Below are positions 8,093-16,358 of a stretch of DNA of 28,569 nucleotides, piece by piece. Made by a program: the position numbers and the translations under genes. The DNA is from an archaeon (GTDB lineage Archaea > Aenigmatarchaeota > Aenigmatarchaeia > CG10238-14 > SCSR01): positions 1 through 28,569 of the forward strand of contig SCSR01000092.1 of assembly GCA_004297575.1 (NCBI GenBank). Direction: 5' to 3'. The stretch's first letter is position 1. The number at the start of each line of letters is the position of its first letter. The notes beneath the pieces are model-generated. The model was not told where the DNA came from. It did not search any database and was given only the letters and a program-made list of their open reading frames with translations.

Positions 8093-9622
8093 GCACGGCT
8101 TTGTGCTGTACACTTCGATTGGGGTCAGAATGGTTGTGTAAGTCTTGAAGCCTGACGGCCCGATCGCATACTGTACCGAGCTTCCTGTGAATTCCTGTTC
8201 CTTCTGCAACTGCGACGCGTATCTTGAGTCTAGCATCCCTTCTGACACATAATAGCTAGGCTGGCACGAACAGTCGAGTGACGCGACATCGCCTGGCAAA
8301 TCGGTTATCCTCGTTCGCAGATAGTAGAAACCGTACCACGTCTTGGAATAGACTTTGCCGCATGACTGCGAGTTGTCGATGATATACTGCTGGGCTTGAT
8401 GCTTGACAGTATTTATCTGCTGGTCGAGCGTAAGCTTGCTTATCGTGTCTATAGAGTTGAACACTGCAAAAACAACAAGCACTGCTATCGATACTATGGC
8501 ATAAATCTTGTTTTTCCACACGCTGTTCATCAGACCTGCAACAATCAAGTAGAGACCAGGAAGTGCAGGAAGGATGTAGCGCGGGAACTTTAATCCGAGC
8601 ATGGAATAAAAGATAAACACTGCTGCAGTGTAGAGTACCACATACCTGTAGAACTTGTTATTTACCAACACGAGTGAGGACAGCACAAGCGCCGATATCC
8701 CTAGTACGGCTTGATGTTCAAGTGGCAAAGCTGTATAAAATGCAGATAATGATGATACAACAAATGCTGCAAGGAAAACAGTCCACAGATGCTTGTGTTT
8801 TATTTTCTGCTTGGCGATGAGATAGAGCGAGGTGAATATGACGAACAGCGCGGGTATCGGAAGCAGGAACTCATACCATGTAGCAGCGAAATACTGGTAG
8901 AACGGCGATGAGAGACCTGTGCCGCCTTGGACATAATTCGACCACCAGCTCCACAGCCATCCTTGCTGGCCGATAAAGTAAGCCATCCAGAGACCGAACA
9001 TGATGAACGGCAGCATGATGGATAAAATCAATTTCTTGTTCATGAGACTTTTCCTGTCAAACAAGACCATATACCCGAGCATGGCAACAGATGCAAAGAA
9101 ACCGTACTTTGTAAGTGTTGCAACCGAACCGAAGAGAACCGCCAGTATCAGATTGCGGGAGGATTTCTTCGAATAGCCAGACCAGTAAAAGTAGAATGCG
9201 ATGGTGGAAAATAATGCCACAGGCATATCAAGCATGGCAAAATCAGAGAAGAACCAGTGTGTTGTGCTGAACATGAGAAGGATTGCAGCTATCATTCCGA
9301 CATTTCTGTTGACGAATTTCCTGCCGATGTAGTAGAGTATTGCGACATTCAGCGCTCCCAAGAATGCCATCAGCACATGGAAAAGGATTTCGGAATTATT
9401 GAATAGGATCGTGAACGGGGCGAGGAAATAATAGAACAACGGCGAGTAGGCTGATGTATAAGGCCTGCTGTTGACGATATCATTCGCATACCCGACATAA
9501 TAGACTTCGTCCTGCCCGAAATATGTGCCCATCCACCCGAGCCTGAGCAGAAAAGCGAGCATGAAAACAGAGAGCATGACAAGATGCTCTTTGCGGATTT
9601 CCATTATCCTAATTACAATCAC
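8078..9622 (-). CDS. GT-C fold membrane glycosyltransferase (PMT_2/ArnT, family 39-like)
   Basis: About 12 hydrophobic helices, DE motif in first loop (GQDEVYY), SPLFYY, LTKY, PRYILPALP, soluble C-terminal domain. Confidence 0.85.
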   Translation of the reverse strand: MIVIRIMEIRKEHLVMLSVFMLAFLLRLGWMGTYFGQDEVYYVGYANDIVNSRPYTSAYSPLFYYFLAPFTILFNNSEILFHVLMAFLGALNVAILYYIGRKFVNRNVGMIAAILLMFSTTHWFFSDFAMLDMPVALFSTIAFYFYWSGYSKKSSRNLILAVLFGSVATLTKYGFFASVAMLGYMVLFDRKSLMNKKLILSIMLPFIMFGLWMAYFIGQQGWLWSWWSNYVQGGTGLSSPFYQYFAATWYEFLLPIPALFVIFTSLYLIAKQKIKHKHLWTVFLAAFVVSSLSAFYTALPLEHQAVLGISALVLSSLVLVNNKFYRYVVLYTAAVFIFYSMLGLKFPRYILPALPGLYLIVAGLMNSVWKNKIYAIVSIAVLVVFAVFNSIDTISKLTLDQQINTVKHQAQQYIIDNSQSCGKVYSKTWYGFYYLRTRITDLPGDVASLDCSCQPSYYVSEGMLDSRYASQLQKEQEFTGSSVQYAIGPSGFKTYTTILTPIEVYSTKPCSSQS

Positions 9623-9652
9623 TCGATATTTATCGGTTGCACAAAGGCTTAT

Positions 9653-9676
9653 AAGTAAGAAAGTAAGAAAGTAAGA
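9653..9676 (+). repeat. Three exact tandem copies of AAGTAAGA between TATA box and start codon of the AbrB-like gene; probable operator
   Basis: CTTATAAGTAAGA-AAGTAAGA-AAGTAAGA-TT-ATG read directly. Confidence 0.75.
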
Positions 9677-9678
9677 TT

Positions 9679-9957
9679 ATGAAACATAAAATCTTCATGA
9701 CGAAATTGTCATCCAAAGGCCAGATAATAGTGCCGATAGAACTGAGAAAAGGTCTTGAAATGGGCACGCAATTTGCTGTCAAAAGGGACAATGATGTCAT
9801 AATCCTGAAAAAGCTTGACCCTGATTGGGAAAAGATTGAAAAAGATTTTGAAGAAGCCAGGAAACGAGTCGCAAAATCTGGCTTGAAAGAAGAAGACGTG
9901 CTAGGTATAGTGAAACGGATCAGGGAGCAGATTCGCAGGGAAGAACAAGGATCTTGA
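9679..9957 (+). CDS. AbrB/MazE/SpoVT-family DNA-binding protein (VapB-like antitoxin)
   Basis: TKLSSKGQIIVPIELRK..L..GTQFAV..DNDVIILKK swapped-hairpin signature; charged helical tail. Confidence 0.88.
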   Translation: MKHKIFMTKLSSKGQIIVPIELRKGLEMGTQFAVKRDNDVIILKKLDPDWEKIEKDFEEARKRVAKSGLKEEDVLGIVKRIREQIRREEQGS

Positions 9958-10345
9958 GGAATTCTTCTGCTGTGACGATTTTTATACCAAGAAAACTTCC
10001 GATATCTAACAAATCCCTGTCGGCTGATACTATGCAATCAGCATTGAAGGACGCAGCGCATTCCAGAACTTTATCATCACCTGGGTCGCGTGAGAAGTAT
10101 ATTTTTATCTTAGGTTCGACTAGTGAGGAAAAGTTCACTATATATTGCGCACGCTTAACCGCATCGTTCATGTCAGTTTTGAATTTCTCTTCTCTGAGCA
10201 CTACTGTTATGAATTCATTTAGCATGCTTCGTGAGGTTCCTAACAATATCCGCTTGTTCTTGGCTGCATCCAAAACCTTTCTCGGTTTCCCATTCCAGAA
10301 TATTGCAGATATCAGTATGTTGGTGTCCAATACCACTCTCATCAT
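9920..10345 (-). CDS. PIN-domain ribonuclease (VapC-like toxin)
   Basis: RVVLDTNILISA, RDPGDDKVLECA, IVSADRDLL; GAGGTG Shine-Dalgarno-like motif just upstream. Confidence 0.92.
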   Translation of the reverse strand: MMRVVLDTNILISAIFWNGKPRKVLDAAKNKRILLGTSRSMLNEFITVVLREEKFKTDMNDAVKRAQYIVNFSSLVEPKIKIYFSRDPGDDKVLECAASFNADCIVSADRDLLDIGSFLGIKIVTAEEFLKILVLPCESAP

Positions 10346-10354
10346 ATTGCCACC

Positions 10355-11077
10355 TCAGTTGGCGAACAATCCAAGAGCAGCCGCGAGCATGAACACTATC
10401 TGCCTGATCTCGGTCCTAGGGCGCCATTTGTAATCCCCGTTCTCGGATATCCTTATCGTACCTTTGTCACCGTTGATCGTGACCTGGTACCTGCTGTCTC
10501 CGTTCATGAAGCGTATCTTCGGTCTGAAACTGACGACGCGCAGGCATGTCGGGAATTTCTGCAAATACTCCTGGAATTTACCGTTCGCCTCGAGCTGGTT
10601 GCCCCTCAGCGTCTCGTACATCAAGCCTTCCACATTCTTGAACATGGCTTGCTTGAGCTCTGTAGAGTGGTTCGTGTATATCTTCTGCAGGCTCTCGGAA
10701 GTGATGGCTACCTGTGTGAGCTTGATGCCCAGCAAACTTTCGAACTGCGTGACCATCTCATCGGTCTTGGCATCATGCCACCTGTAAATCTCAAGCGTCC
10801 TGCTGATGACATTGATGAAGCAGTAGATTCTTCTGAGCGCTTTTGTCTTTCCGTTTTCCTTCAGTATCGAGATGATGTTATCCTCCTCACCGAACATCCT
10901 CTTGATGTCCTCCTCGACGTCCTCCCAGAAACAGTACTGCATGTAGACTTCGTTCTTGTTGAACTTGCTCGGCATGGCTTTCAACCAGCCACCTTCTATC
11001 CTGGCGCTAACCAAGGAATTCAGCATCTGGTGCATGCCAAGCGCCTCCTTGTATTGGTAAACCGTTATTGTCGGCAT
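10355..11077 (-). CDS. Hypothetical soluble alpha/beta protein (about 240 aa)
   Basis: Long ORF with host-like codon use. AGGAGG lies 7 nt before the second ATG (11077), which is preferred over 11083. No family recognised. Confidence 0.75.
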   Translation of the reverse strand: MPTITVYQYKEALGMHQMLNSLVSARIEGGWLKAMPSKFNKNEVYMQYCFWEDVEEDIKRMFGEEDNIISILKENGKTKALRRIYCFINVISRTLEIYRWHDAKTDEMVTQFESLLGIKLTQVAITSESLQKIYTNHSTELKQAMFKNVEGLMYETLRGNQLEANGKFQEYLQKFPTCLRVVSFRPKIRFMNGDSRYQVTINGDKGTIRISENGDYKWRPRTEIRQIVFMLAAALGLFAN

Positions 11078-11119
11078 TTTCATTCCTCCTTTTGTTATCC
11101 TTTAATATATATACATTAG

Positions 11120-11140
11120 TGATATCATATAAAGCTATCA
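11120..11140. promoter_or_regulatory. Imperfect inverted repeat TGATATC-ATATAAA-GCTATCA in divergent promoter region
   Basis: 6/7 matching arms enclose a TATA-like heptamer; other TATA-like runs at 11101-11112 and 11164-11171. Confidence 0.4.
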
Positions 11141-11193
11141 GCAGCTCAGTTCCGACCAACTTATTTATATACACTGGATGCTAGTAAGAAGGT

Positions 11194-11664
11194 ATGGAAT
11201 TCAAGGTATCGAAAGATGTGGAATACGACACGACGAACGCGAGAAGGATATTCAGCCTGCTAAGCAAGAGCGAGCGCGGGCTGACCATAGTGGACATGTC
11301 AAACCAGCTAAAGCTCAACAGGCATACCGTGACGAAGCTGTGCGAGCGCATGCTGATGGAGAAGAAGATAAACTACGATGAAAAGGGACCGGCCAAGATT
11401 TACTATTCCGTAGGCCCTAGCAAGTTCGTGGGAAGGATTGACCTGAGCGACATGGAGAAATTATGGATAGATGTGTTCAAGCAGCCAAAGTATATAGGCG
11501 AGGAGGAGTTCGTGCGCATCAACCAGAGCAAGCATGACAACCTCATCAGGTCAAGCAGCAAGTTCAAGTCGGTCGGTGCTGTTGCGATAAAGAAATCCCA
11601 GCTGGTGAACCTCATCAGGATTCTCCGTGATGTAGCAAGGAAAGAGTTCGGTCTGAGCGTCTGA
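11194..11664 (+). CDS. Winged-HTH protein with C-terminal PC4/PUR/Whirly-like domain (putative regulator)
   Basis: N-terminal ARRIFSLL..GLTIVDMSNQLKLNRHTVTKLCERM..KKINY...KIYY is a wHTH; the C-terminal strand-strand-strand-strand-helix pattern (LWIDVF / FVRINQ / GAVAIKKSQLVNLIRIL) is inferred. Confidence 0.75.
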   Translation: MEFKVSKDVEYDTTNARRIFSLLSKSERGLTIVDMSNQLKLNRHTVTKLCERMLMEKKINYDEKGPAKIYYSVGPSKFVGRIDLSDMEKLWIDVFKQPKYIGEEEFVRINQSKHDNLIRSSSKFKSVGAVAIKKSQLVNLIRILRDVARKEFGLSV

Positions 11665-11695
11665 TTTATTACATCTCGGACCCAATTAGTAATCA

Positions 11696-12403
11696 ATGCT
11701 GAAAGGTAAGGTTGCTATCGTCACTGGCGGGACAATGGGCATAGGCAAGGGTATTGCTGACAAGCTTGCCGAGCACGGGGCAAAGGTTGTGGTCTGCGCT
11801 AGGAAGGGAGAAAAGACCAAGCACTATTTTGTCGAATGCGATGTTTCCAGCTTTAACGACGCACAGAGGATGGCACAGCAAGTTGTGAAGAAATTCAAGA
11901 GGATTGATATCCTGGTGAACAATGCAGGGATATACCCGTTCGTCAACCTCAAGGACATGACCGAGCAGCAGTGGGACCAGGTGATCAATGTCAACCTGAA
12001 AGGCGTTTTCAATTGCACCAAGGCTGTCATTCCGTTTATGATGAAGAAGAAATATGGAAAGATTGTCAGCACGGCTTCGATTGCCGGGGTCTCGGTTGGT
12101 TTCCCTAACCTTGTGCATTACAGCGCCTCCAAGGCAGGCATCATGGGATTCACACGTGCAGCTGCGCTTGACCTAGCACCTTACAAGATCAATGTGAACG
12201 CTGTCGCACCAGGAGCAATACTCACACCTGGCACAAAAGGAATGGACAAAGATACGATATCACACCTGATACAGGCGATACCTGAGAAAAGGATGGGCAA
12301 GCCTGTTGATATCGCAGAAACTGTCGCGTTCCTTGCTTCAGACGAGGCTTCATACATCACAGGTCAGACGATTGTAGTCGATGGCGGATATACCGATGTC
12401 TAG
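11696..12403 (+). CDS. Short-chain dehydrogenase/reductase, FabG-like
   Basis: [14 protein letters not shown], catalytic [22 protein letters not shown]. Confidence 0.93.
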   Translation: MLKGKVAIVTGGTMGIGKGIADKLAEHGAKVVVCARKGEKTKHYFVECDVSSFNDAQRMAQQVVKKFKRIDILVNNAGIYPFVNLKDMTEQQWDQVINVNLKGVFNCTKAVIPFMMKKKYGKIVSTASIAGVSVGFPNLVHYSASKAGIMGFTRAAALDLAPYKINVNAVAPGAILTPGTKGMDKDTISHLIQAIPEKRMGKPVDIAETVAFLASDEASYITGQTIVVDGGYTDV

Positions 12404-12606
12404 CCTTTCCACACGATGATGCTTACCATCACTGCACTGATCGTACCGTTCAAGTCCTGCATGACCATAGGCTGCTGGTATACCACCCTCTCAGTGCTCC
12501 CTATCGGCCTGTCACCGTAGGTGAACGGGAACAAGGATGCTGCAAAAACAACGCCCATGGAAAGGAGGATGACCAGCATGAAGGTGGCGACAAACAGTTT
12601 CCTCAT
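12400..12606 (-). CDS. Small exported or membrane protein, hypothetical
   Basis: MRK followed by a hydrophobic stretch and VFA-A (signal-peptide-like); fills the gap between two + strand genes. Confidence 0.55.
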   Translation of the reverse strand: MRKLFVATFMLVILLSMGVVFAASLFPFTYGDRPIGSTERVVYQQPMVMQDLNGTISAVMVSIIVWKG

Positions 12607-12647
12607 GGTTATTAATTTATTACGGCAGAAACTTAAAGAGTGGTAGT

Positions 12648-13049
12648 ATGGACGAGCAATTGCAACAGAAGATAGAGATGTACAGGATGCTGGAAGCCAA
12701 GGTAAGCGGGCTGATGAAACAGAAAGAGATGGTCGTGAACAAGATGCTCGAAGTCAAGACGACCGTATCCAGCCTGGATGAGATGGAGAAATCCAACGGC
12801 GAGATACTGTTCCCGCTCGGCGGAGAGGCTTGGTCGACTGCCAAAGTGTTTGACAAGGGCAGTGTTGTCGTGGAAGTAGGGGCAGGAGTCGCATTGGAGA
12901 AGACTTTTCCGGAAGCCAAGGAGATTCTGAACAAGCGCGTGAATGAACTAGAAAAGGCCATGGAAGAGATAAACAAGGAATACAATGAGAGTTCGGAAAT
13001 ACTGAACCGTCTTGGGCCAGAGATTGAGAAAGAACTGAGCAAAGGTTGA
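12648..13049 (+). CDS. pfdA: Prefoldin subunit alpha
   Basis: Coiled coil - beta hairpins (EILFPLGG...VVVEVGAGVALEKT) - coiled coil; upstream of ftsY as in many archaea. Confidence 0.95.
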   Translation: MDEQLQQKIEMYRMLEAKVSGLMKQKEMVVNKMLEVKTTVSSLDEMEKSNGEILFPLGGEAWSTAKVFDKGSVVVEVGAGVALEKTFPEAKEILNKRVNELEKAMEEINKEYNESSEILNRLGPEIEKELSKG

Positions 13050-13053
13050 ACAA

Positions 13054-14304
13054 ATGCTTGGATTCCTGAAGAAAAAATTATCTAAAGCAATAGAAGGCAT
13101 AACCAAGAGAGCCGAGGTAAAGGAGAAGGCTGCTGAGGAATTGTCCAAGCCCGGAGTGAAGGAAGAAATCAAGCAAGCTATTGAGACTGTCGAACCGCAA
13201 GTCAAGACAGAAGCTGTTCCTGAAGAAACTGTCAAACAAGTCGAAGAAGCTGTCCATGAAAAATTATCCGAACCCAAAGTGAGCGAACCATCAATCGAGG
13301 CAGTCGAGCATGCTATCGAAGAAGAAATGCCAAAGACACCTGAACCGCAGGAAGTGAAGATAGATGTCGTACCTAAACTCGAGACAGTCGAAGCGGAAGT
13401 GATTGTTGAAAAGCCGAAGAAGAGCCTGTTCAAGAAACTTGCTGAAAAAGTCGTTAAGAAAGTCACAGAGAAAAAGCTAGAGCTGGAAGATGTGCAGCCG
13501 ATATTACAGGAACTTGAAACCGGATTGATAGAATCGGATGTTGCAGTGGAAGTATCTGAAAAGATTACAGGCGATCTGAAGAACGCATTGGTCGGCGGCG
13601 AGATAAAACGAGGGAAGGAAAAGGAAGCTGTGACTGATGCATTGAGAAAAAGTTTGCTGGGCATACTGTCGGTGCCTGAAATCAACCTCGAAGATGCGAC
13701 AAGAGAAAAGAAACCTTTCGTGATATTGTTTTTGGGATTCAACGGAGCTGGCAAGACCACTACTATTGCAAAGGTGGGCAAATGGCTGATGGATAAGGGG
13801 CATACTGTTGTTTTTGCTGCAGGGGATACATGGAGGAAGGCTGCAATCGAGCAGCTGGAGGAGCATGGCAAGGCGTTGAACGTGAACGTGATCAAGCACA
13901 CTTATGGAGCTGACCCGGCTGCTGTCATCTACGACGGAATCGAACATGCCAAGGCTAGGGGGATTGACGTGTTGCTGGCGGACAGCGCAGGCAGGACGCA
14001 TGTGAACCAGAATCTCATCAATGAACTGAAGAAGGTTGTCCGTGTTGCCAAGCCTGACTTAAAAGTCCTTGTCATGGATTCATTAGTGGGAAATGATGCA
14101 GTGGAACAGGCGAAGATGTTCAACGAAGCGGTAGGCGTGGATGCGGTTGTTTTCACAAAGCTTGACGTGAACCAGAAAGGCGGGGCGATACTTTCTGTCA
14201 CTCATCTGCTGAAGAAACCTGTACTGTTCCTAGGGACTGGACAGGAGTATGAGAAACTGATCAAATTTGACAGTACAAAATTTGTGGACGAGCTGTTGAT
14301 CTAA
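13054..14304 (+). CDS. ftsY: Signal recognition particle receptor FtsY
   Basis: Acidic N-terminal region, GFNGAGKTTT, DTWRKAA, DSAGR, TKLD, KGGA, GTGQ. Confidence 0.97.
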   Translation: MLGFLKKKLSKAIEGITKRAEVKEKAAEELSKPGVKEEIKQAIETVEPQVKTEAVPEETVKQVEEAVHEKLSEPKVSEPSIEAVEHAIEEEMPKTPEPQEVKIDVVPKLETVEAEVIVEKPKKSLFKKLAEKVVKKVTEKKLELEDVQPILQELETGLIESDVAVEVSEKITGDLKNALVGGEIKRGKEKEAVTDALRKSLLGILSVPEINLEDATREKKPFVILFLGFNGAGKTTTIAKVGKWLMDKGHTVVFAAGDTWRKAAIEQLEEHGKALNVNVIKHTYGADPAAVIYDGIEHAKARGIDVLLADSAGRTHVNQNLINELKKVVRVAKPDLKVLVMDSLVGNDAVEQAKMFNEAVGVDAVVFTKLDVNQKGGAILSVTHLLKKPVLFLGTGQEYEKLIKFDSTKFVDELLI

Positions 14305-14879
14305 AATTTGCTAAATATCTGACTTTTCAGCGTGCTGAAAATCAATAGAGTGTCGATGCTTACCAAGTATATCGGGAATGCGTATTCTGAGAATGTCCCC
14401 ATTGTGGCAGCCAAGAAGCTTGTGGATGCGCTAAACAGCCCTACAATGTAGGGCCAAGGGGATTCTGTTTTGGGATAATGCCATGCCTTGGTCAGGGTAG
14501 GTACTGCTGCTAGCGCATCGCCTGCAATAGCAAATATTATTGCAATGTTTGGATTGTCAGTAATCATCCAAAGAATGATAGCCAATGCTGACAAAATACC
14601 GCACGTATAATCGAATGGAGTCAGCTTCCAGTAAGCTTTCTTAATCAGCAAGGAGGAAACGAATATCAGAAACGGAGAGAAGCCTGCCATGAACACCGGC
14701 AAAACTGCCCAGCCTACACCACTTGACACGGCTGCCGCAGTTGCGATGAAAGGTGCGATAGCCCACATGAGCCATGTTACCCTGTTTGGTTTGGCACCTC
14801 CTTTGAACATAGAACGGATATACATCAAGCATCCAAACAGAACTGCAAAAGCAGCAACGAAAACCAAATATTGAAGCAT
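14301..14879 (-). CDS. Multi-pass membrane protein, PQ-loop/SWEET-like repeat, hypothetical
   Basis: About 7 hydrophobic segments; YIRSMFKGGAKPNRVTW and VPTLTKAWHYPKTES recall the two loop motifs of PQ-loop-type transporters (inference). Confidence 0.7.
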   Translation of the reverse strand: MLQYLVFVAAFAVLFGCLMYIRSMFKGGAKPNRVTWLMWAIAPFIATAAAVSSGVGWAVLPVFMAGFSPFLIFVSSLLIKKAYWKLTPFDYTCGILSALAIILWMITDNPNIAIIFAIAGDALAAVPTLTKAWHYPKTESPWPYIVGLFSASTSFLAATMGTFSEYAFPIYLVSIDTLLIFSTLKSQIFSKF

Positions 14880-15005
14880 ACTATATTAGAAAACCTTTCC
14901 TGCGGATATAAACTTTCTTGTAACAATTATTTCCAATGTGATTTCGAACTTAACGAAGCTGTTGACCGAATAACCTATTTAAGCCACATAAGGGAATTTG
15001 ATTTC

Positions 15006-16328
15006 ATGTTCAACAACCTCAGCAAAGGGCTGGCAGGCATTGTGAGGAAGCTTGTCACCGGTACAAACGTGGACAAGCAGGCTATCGAGGACATATTGAC
15101 TGATATCAGAAAACTTTTGTTGGAATCGGATGTTGATGTGGAACTTGCAAACCAGCTAGTTGCGAATATCAGGAGAAAATGTTTTGAGGAGAAAGTCCCG
15201 TCAGGCATGACATTGCGTGAGTATATGCTGAAGGTGATTTACGAGGAGCTTGTGAGGTTGCTTGGTGACAAGCCGTCCGGATTTTCAGGTAAGAGGATAA
15301 TGTTTGTAGGCCTGTTCGGTTCAGGCAAGACTACGACGATAGGGAAGCTGGGGAGATATTTTGTCAAGCAGAACTTAAAGCCTGCGCTTGTTGCGTTGGA
15401 TTATCACAGGCCAGCTGCGCCAGAACAGTTGATGCAGACCGGCAAGGAGACTAACATTCCAGTCTACGTGGAAGAGAGCAAGAACCCGTTCGATGCTGCA
15501 AAGAATGCGATGCAGAAATTCCAGAAGAACAATGTGATACTTTTCGACACTGCAGGAAGGAGCGCGCTGGATGCAGAGCTTGCAGATGAGTTGAAGAAGT
15601 TGTCAGAGATAATCAAGCCTGACGAGGTCATACTTGTCATACCTGCTGATTTGGGAAAGGTTGCAAGAAAACAGGCTGAGGAATTCAACAAACTGGTAGG
15701 CATTACAGGAGTCATCATCACAAAGATGGATGGGACTGCAAAAGCAGGTGGTGCGCTGGCTGCGACGCTTGTGACTGGAGCGAAAGTAAAGTTCATCGGC
15801 ACTGGGGAGAAGGTTGATGATTTTGAGCCGTACGACCCGACAAGATTTGTTTCGAGATTGTTGGGATTGGGTGATTTGCAGACATTGCTGGAAAAGGCGA
15901 AGGAGGCTGAGATAAAGAAGGAATCGGTCGAGAAGATTGCAGAAGGCAATTTCACATTGCAGGATTTCTTGGAGCAGATAGAAGCGATGGGGAAGATGGG
16001 ACCGTTGAGCCAGGTCGCGTCAATGATACCGGGCATGGGAATGGTCAAGATGCCCGAGGGGATGCTGGAAAAGCAGGAGCAAAGGTTGAAAGTTTTCAGG
16101 CACATCATCCAAAGCATGACAAAAGATGAGAGACAATATCCGGATATCATCACGTCAAGCCGTGTCAGGAGGATTGCCAAAGGCTCTGGTAGGAAAGAGG
16201 AAGAGGTGCGTGAGTTGCTGAACCAATACAACCAGACTAAGAAGATGATGAGAAGCTTGGGTGGAATGGCTGGCATGCAGAGAGGATCGCTGAAGAATCT
16301 TGCTAAACAGTTCGGGTTCAAGATGTGA
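15006..16328 (+). CDS. srp54: Signal recognition particle protein SRP54
   Basis: GLFGSGKTTT, DTAGR, TKMDGTAKAGG, FIGTGE, Met-rich M domain with SRVRRIAKGSG. Start placed at MFNNLSKGL (15006), not 14871. Confidence 0.97.
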   Translation: MFNNLSKGLAGIVRKLVTGTNVDKQAIEDILTDIRKLLLESDVDVELANQLVANIRRKCFEEKVPSGMTLREYMLKVIYEELVRLLGDKPSGFSGKRIMFVGLFGSGKTTTIGKLGRYFVKQNLKPALVALDYHRPAAPEQLMQTGKETNIPVYVEESKNPFDAAKNAMQKFQKNNVILFDTAGRSALDAELADELKKLSEIIKPDEVILVIPADLGKVARKQAEEFNKLVGITGVIITKMDGTAKAGGALAATLVTGAKVKFIGTGEKVDDFEPYDPTRFVSRLLGLGDLQTLLEKAKEAEIKKESVEKIAEGNFTLQDFLEQIEAMGKMGPLSQVASMIPGMGMVKMPEGMLEKQEQRLKVFRHIIQSMTKDERQYPDIITSSRVRRIAKGSGRKEEEVRELLNQYNQTKKMMRSLGGMAGMQRGSLKNLAKQFGFKM

Positions 16329-16358
16329 CAATTTAAATCCCAGTCCCGAAATCAATTT

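Noticed and set aside
13100-13440. Repetitive E/K/V/P-rich stretch in FtsY as a repeat element
   Set aside because: No exact DNA repeats; an acidic low-complexity N-terminal region is normal for FtsY.
14871-15005. 45-aa N-terminal extension of SRP54 in the ORF track
   Set aside because: It overlaps the start of the antisense membrane gene and spans an AT-rich promoter region; homology starts at MFNNL (15006).
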